Below the pieces are notes generated by a model. The model was given only the letters and a program-made list of their open reading frames with translations. It was not told where the DNA came from and ran no database searches. Position numbers and translations under genes: made by a program. Positions 18,475 to 28,360 of a stretch of 64,000 nt of DNA are shown here, one piece after another (position 1 is the stretch's first letter; every line of letters starts with the position of its first letter). The stretch comes from Promethearchaeia archaeon (lineage in GTDB: Archaea > Asgardarchaeota > Lokiarchaeia > Sigyniarchaeales > SOKP01), in contig JAHQWJ010000120.1 of NCBI GenBank assembly GCA_029856125.1, positions 160,001-224,000 of the forward strand, read 5' to 3'.

Positions 18475-19659
18475 ATGAAACTAGGTAAATCGAGTTTACA
18501 CGACATAGCAAAGATACAACCGGATTCCGTGAAAAGAAGAAGAATTTCGAGTTATGACGCTTCTGGTGGCAACCATGATTGGATTGATATCAAACCCGGG
18601 GAAAAGGTTGTAATAGGCGAAGTGAACGATCCAGGTTGCATAACACATATTTGGTGCACGATTTTATGCAAATCACGCTATTATTTAAGGAATATCATAC
18701 TTAGAATGTATTGGGATAACGAACAAGAGGATTTTCCAAGTGTAGAAGTCCCTATCGGAGATTTTTTCGGATTAGGTCATGCCAAACATAAAAATTACGT
18801 TTCTTTACCGTTCCAAATGAGTCCTCAGTGGGGAAAAGGATTTAATTGTTGGTGGCCGATGCCTTTTTCAAAAGGGTTCAAATTTACAATAGAAAACGAT
18901 AATTCAAAAACGATGAGGTTCTTTTTTTATATCGATTACGAATTATATCAAGAAGGATTTGAAAACGAAAAAGATTATGGGCGTTTTCACGCACTCTGGC
19001 ATCGAGAAAATCCAACTACGCCTAAAAAGAAAGATAGTACCACGGGCAAGAAATTTACTAAAATCAAGCCAAAAAACTATGCTTATAGTGGAAATAACAT
19101 CGAAGACCCTCGATCTCAGAATTACAGAATTCTCGAAGCCATGGGGAAAGGTCATTTTGTAGGATGTCATTTAGATATTGATAATGTAACATTTCTCCCA
19201 TGGTACGTAAATTGGCCAGGTGAAGGCGACGATATGATTTACATTGACGAGGATATCGAAAAAGGTGTTCCTACTCTACATGGTACGGGCACAGAAGATT
19301 ACGTAAACCAGTCTTGGGCGCAATTTCAGAAATACCACGCTCCCTATCATGGTACAATCAAAGCGGGGGGAATAAATTGGTGGGGAAAAATTTCTTATTA
19401 CAGATACCACATTGAGGATCCAATCTATTTTAATAAAAAAATTCTTGTAACCATTGAACATGGACACGATAATCATCGTAGAGATGATTGGTCGTCCACT
19501 GCTTATTGGTATCAGATAGAACCACACGATCCTACTTTGTTTCCGAAATTACTTAATAAAAAAGGAAGAAAACCTCGTTTCCACTTAGCACATATGGTTA
19601 GAAAAACATTTTGTATTGGCTTACTACTAACGATTATATTGGTGTGGATTTTTCTATAG
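18475..19659 (+). CDS. DUF2961 / GH172-like glycoside hydrolase with C-terminal TM anchor
   Basis: SSYD..GGNHD, PGCITHIW, PIGDFFG, WPMPF, GEGDD, GTGTEDY, TIEHG. Confidence 0.85.
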   Translation: MKLGKSSLHDIAKIQPDSVKRRRISSYDASGGNHDWIDIKPGEKVVIGEVNDPGCITHIWCTILCKSRYYLRNIILRMYWDNEQEDFPSVEVPIGDFFGLGHAKHKNYVSLPFQMSPQWGKGFNCWWPMPFSKGFKFTIENDNSKTMRFFFYIDYELYQEGFENEKDYGRFHALWHRENPTTPKKKDSTTGKKFTKIKPKNYAYSGNNIEDPRSQNYRILEAMGKGHFVGCHLDIDNVTFLPWYVNWPGEGDDMIYIDEDIEKGVPTLHGTGTEDYVNQSWAQFQKYHAPYHGTIKAGGINWWGKISYYRYHIEDPIYFNKKILVTIEHGHDNHRRDDWSSTAYWYQIEPHDPTLFPKLLNKKGRKPRFHLAHMVRKTFCIGLLLTIILVWIFL

Positions 19660-19742
19660 TTATTTGACTTAATTGTTTAAAAAATAAGCTGAAAAAACCA
19701 ACAAGTGAAAATTATAAGATATACTAATTTTTAACTAATATC

Positions 19743-20747
19743 TTGTCAGAAGTTTCTTTAATTAACGCAGTTGTTGGAATAATTCTTGCTTTAATCACTA
19801 CTTTTTGTTTCAACATAGGTATTGTCTATCAAAAAAAGGGTCTGAAAGAAGCTGCATTAAAGGGTATTGAGATAAAAACAGAAGAAGGCTTCATCAGCAT
19901 AATAAAGACATTTCTGAAGTTATTTAAAGTTAGATCATGGTTTATTGGTGCGATCTTAGGAGTCGCAGGTTGGTTTCCGTATATTATTTCTATTGGAATG
20001 GTTGGAGTTCTAGTTACGGAACCGGTTATGGCAACAGGCTTTATATTTTTTGTATTTGCAGCTATGAAAGTATTAAACGAGAGAGTTGGTATTATCGAAT
20101 ACATTGCAATAGGAATACTAACGGTTTCACCAATTCTTATTGGAGTTGCCGGGATATCTGATGTTGAACTAGATCTAGTCGAATTTGTACCTTCACTTGT
20201 TATATTTTTAACAATCTCCGTTTCCCTCAGCGTTATATCTTTGACAATCGCAAGGAAAAAAAGAGGTAAGAGCTCTGAGGGACTCTTTATTATGTTTGGA
20301 GGCGCTATCCTTTTCGCTCTCGGAGGCTCTGCTACAAACATATTAGCTCAAGCGTTAATTCAAGCAGGTGATTTTCAATGGTATACAATATTCCAATTAC
20401 CTTTTGGTATATTCTGGTTTTTTTTTGCAGGAAATTACATTGTTTTGTGGATATTTTTAGGATTTTGGATGATGGCTATTTTTAACCTTAGTAGCCTTCC
20501 GTATTATCAAAGTGGGTTCCAGAAAGGGAAAATTCTTATAATGTATCCAATATTAGATTCAATTGCTTTATTATTTCCCATTTTTGCAGGTATTTTCGTA
20601 TTTAAGCAAACTTTTGCGAATTTTCCGTTATTTTTTATCGCTTTACTTCTTACTGTTTTTGCTACAATTGTCTTAAGCAAGTACCAGGTTGCAATCGAGG
20701 AAATGGATATTACTGGTAACCCAACTAAGGAAGATCTACCTAGCTAA
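19743..20747 (+). CDS. DMT-superfamily membrane protein (NIPA Mg-transporter-like)
   Basis: About 9 TM segments; YQKKGL...WFIG, VLNERVG; TTG start. Confidence 0.55.
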   Translation: MSEVSLINAVVGIILALITTFCFNIGIVYQKKGLKEAALKGIEIKTEEGFISIIKTFLKLFKVRSWFIGAILGVAGWFPYIISIGMVGVLVTEPVMATGFIFFVFAAMKVLNERVGIIEYIAIGILTVSPILIGVAGISDVELDLVEFVPSLVIFLTISVSLSVISLTIARKKRGKSSEGLFIMFGGAILFALGGSATNILAQALIQAGDFQWYTIFQLPFGIFWFFFAGNYIVLWIFLGFWMMAIFNLSSLPYYQSGFQKGKILIMYPILDSIALLFPIFAGIFVFKQTFANFPLFFIALLLTVFATIVLSKYQVAIEEMDITGNPTKEDLPS

Positions 20748-20892
20748 TCAGAAACATCAATAAAATCGGGTTAACACTACAGATATTTTCTATTTTGAAA
20801 TGATTATACTAAAATAAAATTGTTAAATTGACAATTCTTTAATCTATGTAATATATCAAATAGTACTTTATTAAAATAAATACATAAAAAAT

Positions 20893-21477
20893 GTGAGTGA
20901 CTTGAAGAAAAATAAAATAAAGCCAAGCGCATATTTATTTCCTATGCCTGTCGCGCTAATTGGGGCAAATGTAAATGGAAAACCAAATTTTGAGCCATTA
21001 GCTTATGTTGGTGTCGTCGAATATAAACCCCCTTTAATTTCAATTGCGTCCTACGAGACTCATTATACTAATATAGGAATAAAGGAAAATGGAGTTTTTA
21101 GCATAAACACTCCTTCTGAGAATATTATAAAGGGTACTGATTATTGCGGTATAGTTTCAGGAAAAAATGTAGATAAATCAGAAGTTTTTGATGTTTTTTA
21201 TGGAGAACTTAAGACTGCACCAATGATAAGTCAGTCTCCACTAAATTTGGAATGCAAAGTAATTAAGACTATAAAAATCAGCGAATTTGTTGATATTGAG
21301 AAAAGCCATGAGTTATTTATTGGAGAAGTAGTGAACGCTTATGCGGATGACGAATATCTCACCGAGGGTGCTCCAGACATTTATAAATTTAAAACTTTCA
21401 CATTTTCAATGGGACATTATTGGAAAGTAGGTGAAAAATTCGCAAAAGCATGGGAAGTTGGTAAAAATTATAAGTAA
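20893..21477 (+). CDS. Flavin reductase family protein
   Basis: FPMPVALIG..GKPNF, CGIVSGKNVDK, NLECKV, HELFIGEV. Confidence 0.88.
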   Translation: MSDLKKNKIKPSAYLFPMPVALIGANVNGKPNFEPLAYVGVVEYKPPLISIASYETHYTNIGIKENGVFSINTPSENIIKGTDYCGIVSGKNVDKSEVFDVFYGELKTAPMISQSPLNLECKVIKTIKISEFVDIEKSHELFIGEVVNAYADDEYLTEGAPDIYKFKTFTFSMGHYWKVGEKFAKAWEVGKNYK

Positions 21478-21550
21478 GGCTTCAAAAGAAATTAACGAAG
21501 AAAATCTTTAAAAGTTCCTATTTTTGTTAGTTTTAATAGAAATTTAATAA

Positions 21551-21931
21551 CTAGTTATTTTTTTTTAGGATATTCTTAACATAAGCTATAATTTCATTAC
21601 CAGAAACAGCTTTAACCAAATAACCATCCGCTCCTAATTCCTTACCTTTTTGAATATCTTCAAAAAAATTTTTTACAGAAAATAAAACTACAAGAATATT
21701 AGGATATCTTAACTTGATTTCGGTTAATATTTCGTACCCACTCTTGCCAGGGAGCATAATATCCAGTAAAATAAGTGCTATGTCGTCATGCTTTTCTTCT
21801 ACTATGTCTAACGCATCGTATCCATTACTACAAGTAATTGTTTCATATTTCTCTAATTGTAGAAACTTTTCAGTTAAATGTGTAATATCTTCCTCGTCGT
21901 CTACTATTAAAATCTTTTTCACTGCTGACAT
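21551..21931 (-). CDS. Stand-alone response regulator (receiver domain)
   Basis: IVDDE, LLDIMLP, GADGYLVK. Confidence 0.92.
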   Translation of the reverse strand: MSAVKKILIVDDEEDITHLTEKFLQLEKYETITCSNGYDALDIVEEKHDDIALILLDIMLPGKSGYEILTEIKLRYPNILVVLFSVKNFFEDIQKGKELGADGYLVKAVSGNEIIAYVKNILKKNN

Positions 21932-22153
21932 TGAAATCCTTATTTCAGATAAATCTAATTTTTATTTAAAATTTGAATCTTTATTTAATACCTAATATAG
22001 TGTCATTTTAGTTATTTAAAAAGTATATATGATTCGCAGGTTTTGATCGCTAGGCTCGATCAATTTCTTTTGTTTAAAAGGGGATTGATTCCAATGCGAT
22101 TAGGCATTAAGAGATTATAAATGTTCGATAATTGAACGAATGATCGATAGAAC

Positions 22154-22534
22154 TTAATTATTTAATATATCCTTTACGTAAGATCGAAGCTCATTTCCTG
22201 AAAATGGTTTCGTTACATAACCATCAGCACCTAATTCCGTCCCTTTTTCCACATCCTCCTTAAAACTTTTAACTGTGAAAAGAATTACTTTAACATTGTT
22301 GTAGGAATCCTTCGATCTAATGGTTCTAAGAACTTCAAATCCGCTGAGCGCTGGCATCATAACATCTAACAATATCAATAGGATTTCGTTATATTTTTCT
22401 TCAAGAATTTTTAATGCTTCTTTACCGTTACTACATGTAAGAATATTGTAATTATCAAGCTGTAAAAACTTTTTAACGAGGCTAACTATATCAGGCTCAT
22501 CATCACAAATAAGGATAGAATTTTTATCTGACAT
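22154..22534 (-). CDS. Stand-alone response regulator (receiver domain)
   Basis: ICDDE, LLDVMMP, GADGYVTKPF. Confidence 0.92.
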   Translation of the reverse strand: MSDKNSILICDDEPDIVSLVKKFLQLDNYNILTCSNGKEALKILEEKYNEILLILLDVMMPALSGFEVLRTIRSKDSYNNVKVILFTVKSFKEDVEKGTELGADGYVTKPFSGNELRSYVKDILNN

Positions 22535-22651
22535 ATTAAATCTTAATACTTTTTTTTAATCACTAATATTAAATTTCGTTTAATATATTAGATCAACTTA
22601 TTTAACTAATTTATATGTATACTTTTTACTATTCTGAATTAAAATTCTATT

Positions 22652-23326
22652 ATGTCGAAACACGATAGCACTCCGAAGTTCCCTAACTCTTATCTTGGGA
22701 ATAATTCTCTAGACTATGATTCATCAATATGGATGGAGAGAAATCAAAAAAAAACTACGATCCTCTGTTTACAATATTTGTATGACGAAAGATTAGATAT
22801 TCTAGAGAAACCGGATATTTTAAAAGATGAGCCTTCTTTCATTCTTGATTTAGGCTGTGGAACGGGATTTTCCACTGAGATTTTATTAGAGAGTGGTTTT
22901 AGGGTAGTTGGAGTCGATGTTTTAGACGACATGATTTCAAAAGTAAAAAATAAGAAGAATCACATGAAAAATCAAAACAATCTCGAGCTCATTTTGGCAG
23001 ATATAAACTTTATACCTTTAAGAAGGTCTTCAATTAATCACGCAATTTCTATCTCAGCATACAATTTCATCACCCATAAAGCAGAATCGATTCGAGAAAA
23101 AACGAAAATTGCAAATAACACTGCAAAATATTTGTATACATTACTGAAACCAAATGGAAGAATTATAATTGAATTCTACCCCAAAGACGATAATGAACTG
23201 GATATATTTAGTTCGTCTTTTAAAACTAATGGTTTTACTGGGTTTGTCGTCAAACAGAATCCTAATCAGAAATCAGGACAGACTTTTCTATTGTTAAAGA
23301 AGCGGTTATTATATATATCACAATAA
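22652..23326 (+). CDS. Class I SAM methyltransferase, Bud23/WBSCR22-like
   Basis: SFILDLGCGTG, AISISA, EFYPKDD and GFTG motifs. Confidence 0.75.
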   Translation: MSKHDSTPKFPNSYLGNNSLDYDSSIWMERNQKKTTILCLQYLYDERLDILEKPDILKDEPSFILDLGCGTGFSTEILLESGFRVVGVDVLDDMISKVKNKKNHMKNQNNLELILADINFIPLRRSSINHAISISAYNFITHKAESIREKTKIANNTAKYLYTLLKPNGRIIIEFYPKDDNELDIFSSSFKTNGFTGFVVKQNPNQKSGQTFLLLKKRLLYISQ

Positions 23327-23353
23327 TAATTGGAAAAAAAATCGGTATGAAAA

Positions 23354-24451
23354 ATGAAGAGAGTCCAGAGCATTGATATGATTCGAGGTTTTTGTATATT
23401 CCTTATGGTGCTCGGACACTTGCTTGATTGGTGGATAATAAAACAAGATAGATGGTTAATATTTTATTTGTTCTCGTTTTTAGCGCCAATAGCTGCTACG
23501 GGTTTTGTACTAGTATCTGGCTTCAGTGCAGCAATATCGTATAAAAGTAGAGCTAAAAAGGCAGAAACTTCTATTGATATTACTTTGACCCAAGCTAGAA
23601 ATATCTATTTAATTAGAGCTTTATTATTATTGGGAATAAGTTTAATTTATAATACTGCAATTGGTTTAGCCATGAACGACTTGAGGTGGATTTGGGCCTG
23701 GAATGTTCTCCAAACGATTTCAATTTCTCTCTTATTGGCGTGGCCTTTATTACGCACCCCAAAATACTTGCGAATTGGTTTAGGAATTGGATTATTAGTT
23801 TTGAATGAACTGCTTTCACCATTTTTACTTACATATAGCGGTCAACTAAATATTTATGGTGTTTTATTCCACATTTTATACCATCCGATAGAAGCATTTA
23901 CGATTTTGTCTTATTTCGCAATATTCATAATTGGAACTGTAGTTGGTGATTTCTTCTTTGACATTAATATAATCAAAGATCAAAAAGAAAGGAAGAATAC
24001 TATTAAACGCGTGTTTTTACGGACGATATTAATAGTAGGGATAATATTTACTTCATTCGGAATTATATATCGTTTTTATGATTTTATTTATCGCCGAACT
24101 CTTTCGGCTATGTTTTACTCGATTGGAGGGATTCTTATTTTACTCTCAGTTCTCTTATATCTCGAAGAATTTGAGAAAATTAAACCGAAAAAAAGGTACA
24201 GGTTTTTCTATTATTTCTCATTTTACTCTTTTACTATCTATATTGCTCACGATCCGTTGTTTTTTATATTTTTTCAGCAATTGAACGCTATAAATATCTG
24301 GCTGGCTGTTATCGGATTATTTGTAGTGATCACTTTAATGCTAAAGGTTATGCACAAAAAGTTAGGAATAAAAGGCTCTTTAAAAGCCCAGTTGGGTATC
24401 TTAAGTTTAATTATCGCAAATAAAATCGAACAAAGGAAAAGTAGAAATTAG
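23354..24451 (+). CDS. HGSNAT/DUF1624-like membrane acyltransferase
   Basis: RVQSIDMIRG...MVLGH, WNVLQTI, multi-TM. Confidence 0.75.
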   Translation: MKRVQSIDMIRGFCIFLMVLGHLLDWWIIKQDRWLIFYLFSFLAPIAATGFVLVSGFSAAISYKSRAKKAETSIDITLTQARNIYLIRALLLLGISLIYNTAIGLAMNDLRWIWAWNVLQTISISLLLAWPLLRTPKYLRIGLGIGLLVLNELLSPFLLTYSGQLNIYGVLFHILYHPIEAFTILSYFAIFIIGTVVGDFFFDINIIKDQKERKNTIKRVFLRTILIVGIIFTSFGIIYRFYDFIYRRTLSAMFYSIGGILILLSVLLYLEEFEKIKPKKRYRFFYYFSFYSFTIYIAHDPLFFIFFQQLNAINIWLAVIGLFVVITLMLKVMHKKLGIKGSLKAQLGILSLIIANKIEQRKSRN

Positions 24452-24538
24452 AAAATTAAGGTCTTTAAAGGTAGCAATGATAAAATTTATTACAATTTAA
24501 TGATTTTTCAAACTACTCAATTAAAAAAAGTTTAAAAA

Positions 24539-24844
24539 ATGCAGCAAGCACGAATAAGACTCAGCAGCACTCAATTACCTGCTTTGAAAGCTGTTTGTGA
24601 GCAAATAGAAAGCGTGTGCAAGAATCAAGGAATTAGAAAACTAGGACCTATTCCTTTACCTACAAAGAGCTTACGAGTTCCTGTAATGAAAGCACCTTCT
24701 GGGCAAGGTACCTCGACTTGGGCAAAATTCGAGATGAGAATTCACAAACGACTTTTTGAAATAACTGCCAACGAACGTTCGATGCATCTTATTATGAAAA
24801 TTCAAATTCCTGAGACAGTTTTAGTAGAAATTGAGTTAATGTAA
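24539..24844 (+). CDS. rpsJ: 30S ribosomal protein uS10
   Basis: ARIRLSS, GPIPLPTK, KAPSGQGTSTW..FEMRIHKRL. Confidence 0.92.
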   Translation: MQQARIRLSSTQLPALKAVCEQIESVCKNQGIRKLGPIPLPTKSLRVPVMKAPSGQGTSTWAKFEMRIHKRLFEITANERSMHLIMKIQIPETVLVEIELM

Positions 24845-24914
24845 TAACACTTCTTTCTTTAGGTTTTTAACATCTTTCAAAAGAATTAATATAGTTTGAA
24901 TTTATCAATAATTT

Positions 24915-25430
24915 ATGCCCTTTACACCATTTCATTTGGGTCCGGGTTTCCTTATTAGTTTAACATTTCTTTCTTTCATTGATATTCCTACTTTCTTAAT
25001 AGCGAGTGTAATTATTGACCTTGAGCCTTTTTTAGTTTTGGTTTTTCACTTAAATTATCCACTTCATGGTTTTCTCCATAGTTTTTTAGGAGGTTTTATC
25101 GTCGCCGCTCTTTTAACGATGGTTATGAGTAAGATTAGGAGGTACTTCACGCCTTTGATTACATTTTTTAAAATAGAACAAAATTTTTCGTTCAAAAAAA
25201 TATTATTTTCGAGCATTTGTGCAATTTTCCTCCATATATTATTAGACTCTCCAATTTACTTGGATATTCGACCGTTTTTCCCGTTTGAATTTAACCCTTT
25301 TTATCGAAGTACCGTCATGCCTGGCTTAATATTGTATTTAATTTGTGCTTGGTGTTTCATAGGAGCAATATTAGTATATATAATTAGACTGTTTCAATAT
25401 AAAATTAAAATTAGAAAATTATCCACTTAA
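24915..25430 (+). CDS. Membrane-bound metal-dependent hydrolase-like protein
   Basis: MPFTPFH, DLEP, LHGFLHS, HILLD, RPFFP. Confidence 0.7.
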   Translation: MPFTPFHLGPGFLISLTFLSFIDIPTFLIASVIIDLEPFLVLVFHLNYPLHGFLHSFLGGFIVAALLTMVMSKIRRYFTPLITFFKIEQNFSFKKILFSSICAIFLHILLDSPIYLDIRPFFPFEFNPFYRSTVMPGLILYLICAWCFIGAILVYIIRLFQYKIKIRKLST

Positions 25431-25499
25431 AATTTTTAGCATGAATTTAAATCAATAGGTAAATTTTATGTTTTTAAGACAGTGAGCTCTTAATGAATT

Positions 25500-26222
25500 A
25501 TGACAGATTATCATACTAAAACATTTTACGGACAAAAGTCTAGCATTACCCTTACAAGCCCTTCTAAGGCGGTTCCGTATATTTTCCTGAGTTGTATAAA
25601 TCGGAAGGAAGATGGGAAATGGGAGAACACATCGGAAGGGGAAGGGAAAACTGTTAAAATTAGTATTGAAGAAATTATTTGTATATTAGAGGTTCTTCTT
25701 AAAAAGAGCGCAAATTGGAGAGGTTTCCATGTCTTTAAAGAGCGTAAAACAGAAATTTATGTAGGCTGGGAAAAAGAATCTCGGGAAGTAATTCAAATTA
25801 AAATTGGGGAATATATTAAGAAACTCCGTTTTCCAAATCTAAATTTCTTCACCTTAATGCTTGAACATATATTAAACGAAAAAATTGAATGCGCTACGAG
25901 CGGAAAATCCAAGAAGAAATCAAAGGACGATGCTACTCCGGAAGAGGGCGATTATGGCATATTTTCTGAACACATAATAGCTAGAGACGGATTACAAGTA
26001 GTAGAAACTACGGAATTTGGTGTTTCAGAAGAAACAATCGAGATTGAAGCAAAAGTTAAAGTAGAAAGCCCTAAAGCTCTTTTAATAACATTAGAATCGG
26101 ATAAAGAATTTTGGATTCCAAAAAGCACAATTCACAACAATTACGATGTGGAAAACAAAAAGAAACTGCAAACACTTATTGTAGATAAATGGATTATAGA
26201 AAAACAAAGAATAGTCAAATGA
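25500..26222 (+). CDS. Hypothetical two-domain protein (possible Whirly/PC4-like N-terminal domain)
   Basis: 240-aa ORF; C-terminal ESPKALLI...FWIPKS beta domain. Confidence 0.65.
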   Translation: MTDYHTKTFYGQKSSITLTSPSKAVPYIFLSCINRKEDGKWENTSEGEGKTVKISIEEIICILEVLLKKSANWRGFHVFKERKTEIYVGWEKESREVIQIKIGEYIKKLRFPNLNFFTLMLEHILNEKIECATSGKSKKKSKDDATPEEGDYGIFSEHIIARDGLQVVETTEFGVSEETIEIEAKVKVESPKALLITLESDKEFWIPKSTIHNNYDVENKKKLQTLIVDKWIIEKQRIVK

Positions 26223-27466
26223 CAAATAAAGATATAAGTGAAAAATTCTATGGTAAGCCCTTATTTGTGAATTTACTATTATTAGTTATAAATCTTTTTT
26301 TGTTTGTATTCAAGCTTATAGTTTCTAGTTTAAGTGGAAGTTTAGCCCTTCAAGCAGATGCTTTTGATAATTTAACAGATATTATTATGGTTTTTGCAGC
26401 TATAGTTGGAATTTACTATGCAAAAAAAAAACCTAATAAAAAGTTTCCATATGGCTATTACAAAATCGAAAATATAATAAGCCTCATTATTTCAATGGTC
26501 ATATTTTTTACGGCTTATAACATAATTACTACATCGTTCTCTGAAATTTCTGGAACCATTGCTGGATTTCCAAAACAGATAATAGTTACACCTCCTATTT
26601 TTCTTTTTTTAATAATCTCTTTACTAATTTCGTTCTTATCAACTATTTATTTAAAAATAGTTGGAAAACAGACAAAATCACCAATAATTCAATCTCAAGC
26701 AACTGAAAAACTCTACGATAATCTGATATCTTCTTCAGTAATAATCGGATTTATAAGTGCTTTATTTGGTATAAACCTTGTAGATTCAATTATTAGTTTA
26801 ATTATTGCCCTGCTTATCATCAAAGGGGGATATGATATTTTCTTAGCGTCTACTAAAACACTATTAGATGCAGTGATTGATTTTGATAAAAGAAATGAAC
26901 TCTATAAAATAATAGATAGCTTTCCAAATGTTAAAGAGATTGAAAACATTGAAATTCGCTCCTACGGGAGATATATTTTTGTTGAAACTGTAATTGAATT
27001 AAATAAAGAACTTCATTTACATCAAGTAGAATTATTAAAAAATACACTATCAGTTAAAATAAAAACAGAGTTCCCTGAAATCTTTAAAATTATAATTATT
27101 TCTCAGGCTCAACCAAAAGAAATTATTAAAATTGCTGTGCCCTTACTGGACGACAACGGTTTAAATTCTAAAATTTCTGAGCATTTTGGAGAATCTCCTT
27201 TCTTTTCTATCATAGAATTGCAAGAAGAAAATAATCAATTTAAATTAATCAATTATCATATTGTCCCAAATAAGTTTAAAGACGAAGAGAAAAGGAAAGG
27301 AATTTTGATTTCTGAGTGGTTTTTAGAAGAAAAAATTGATAAGCTTTATCTAAAAAGCGATTTGAAAAAGGGTCCAAAATTAATCTTAGAAAGTAGCTTA
27401 GTTCAAATGATAATTACTGAATTTGAAAGTTTACATGAGATTGTCGAACAAGAAACACAAATTTAA
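26219..27466 (+). CDS. Cation diffusion facilitator with C-terminal NifB/NifX-like domain
   Basis: SLALQADAFD, FPYGYYKIE, RSYG, then KIAVP...ISEHFGESPFF; ATG 26219 overlaps the upstream TGA (track start 26189). Confidence 0.85.
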   Translation: MTNKDISEKFYGKPLFVNLLLLVINLFLFVFKLIVSSLSGSLALQADAFDNLTDIIMVFAAIVGIYYAKKKPNKKFPYGYYKIENIISLIISMVIFFTAYNIITTSFSEISGTIAGFPKQIIVTPPIFLFLIISLLISFLSTIYLKIVGKQTKSPIIQSQATEKLYDNLISSSVIIGFISALFGINLVDSIISLIIALLIIKGGYDIFLASTKTLLDAVIDFDKRNELYKIIDSFPNVKEIENIEIRSYGRYIFVETVIELNKELHLHQVELLKNTLSVKIKTEFPEIFKIIIISQAQPKEIIKIAVPLLDDNGLNSKISEHFGESPFFSIIELQEENNQFKLINYHIVPNKFKDEEKRKGILISEWFLEEKIDKLYLKSDLKKGPKLILESSLVQMIITEFESLHEIVEQETQI

Positions 27467-27523
27467 GTCTTAGAATAAGAAATATTTACCTAAGAACATT
27501 TAATTATTTACTTAAACTTTTAA

Positions 27524-28360
27524 TTGATTTCTATGGAACTGTCTATTAACCTGTTAAAATTAATTGCGTTAAATGTATATGATGCCATACATCCGATCTT
27601 AGGCTCTAAAAAGGCGGCAGAAAAGGCTCAGAGGGGTGTAGGAGGTGATATTTCAATGCAAATAGACCTTATTGCGGAAAATATCGTTATTAACACTTTA
27701 GAAAATGAGAAAATAAATCTATTGTTAATTAGCGAAGAATTAGGCGAAAAATATATAGGAAATAAAGAAGAAGCAATTAAAAGCCAAAATGTTTTAATTA
27801 TCGATCCTGTTGATGGTTCTAATAACGCAGTAAGAGGAATCCCATACTGTTCTATATCAATCGCCTATGCAAGAGGTAAGAGTATAAAGGACATAAAAAA
27901 AGCTGTCGTATTAGATTTAGTTTCAAAAGACATATATTGGGCTGTTAAAGGAGAGGGTGCTTACTTAAACGATAAGAAAATTCATGTTTCAAATCTGAAC
28001 CTTTCAGATAATTGCTTTTTTGAGCTGAACCTTCCAAAAAAAAACGCTTTTCAATATTTAAGTGAACTAAAACCAATTATTGAACGATTCCATCGTATCA
28101 GAATACTCGGGAGTAGTGCTTTAACCTTATGCCAGGTTGCCAAGGGCAGTATGGAAGCTTTTATTAATTTACGAGAATCTAACAGGTTAGTTGATGTTGC
28201 TGCTGGCCTTCTAATACTCAAAGAAGCAAAAGGTCAATTTTTCTCTCTTGATGGAAGCGAGCTTGATCAAAAACTATCTATAGCCTTAAAATTTCCATTT
28301 GTAGCTTGCAATGCGAATTTAGAACCATTCTTGAGAAACGAGTTAAGTAACAATTCTTAA
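27524..28360 (+). CDS. Inositol monophosphatase / FBPase family
   Basis: SEE, IIDPVDGSNN, RILGSSAL, DVAAG; the start may be ATG 27533. Confidence 0.9.
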   Translation: MISMELSINLLKLIALNVYDAIHPILGSKKAAEKAQRGVGGDISMQIDLIAENIVINTLENEKINLLLISEELGEKYIGNKEEAIKSQNVLIIDPVDGSNNAVRGIPYCSISIAYARGKSIKDIKKAVVLDLVSKDIYWAVKGEGAYLNDKKIHVSNLNLSDNCFFELNLPKKNAFQYLSELKPIIERFHRIRILGSSALTLCQVAKGSMEAFINLRESNRLVDVAAGLLILKEAKGQFFSLDGSELDQKLSIALKFPFVACNANLEPFLRNELSNNS

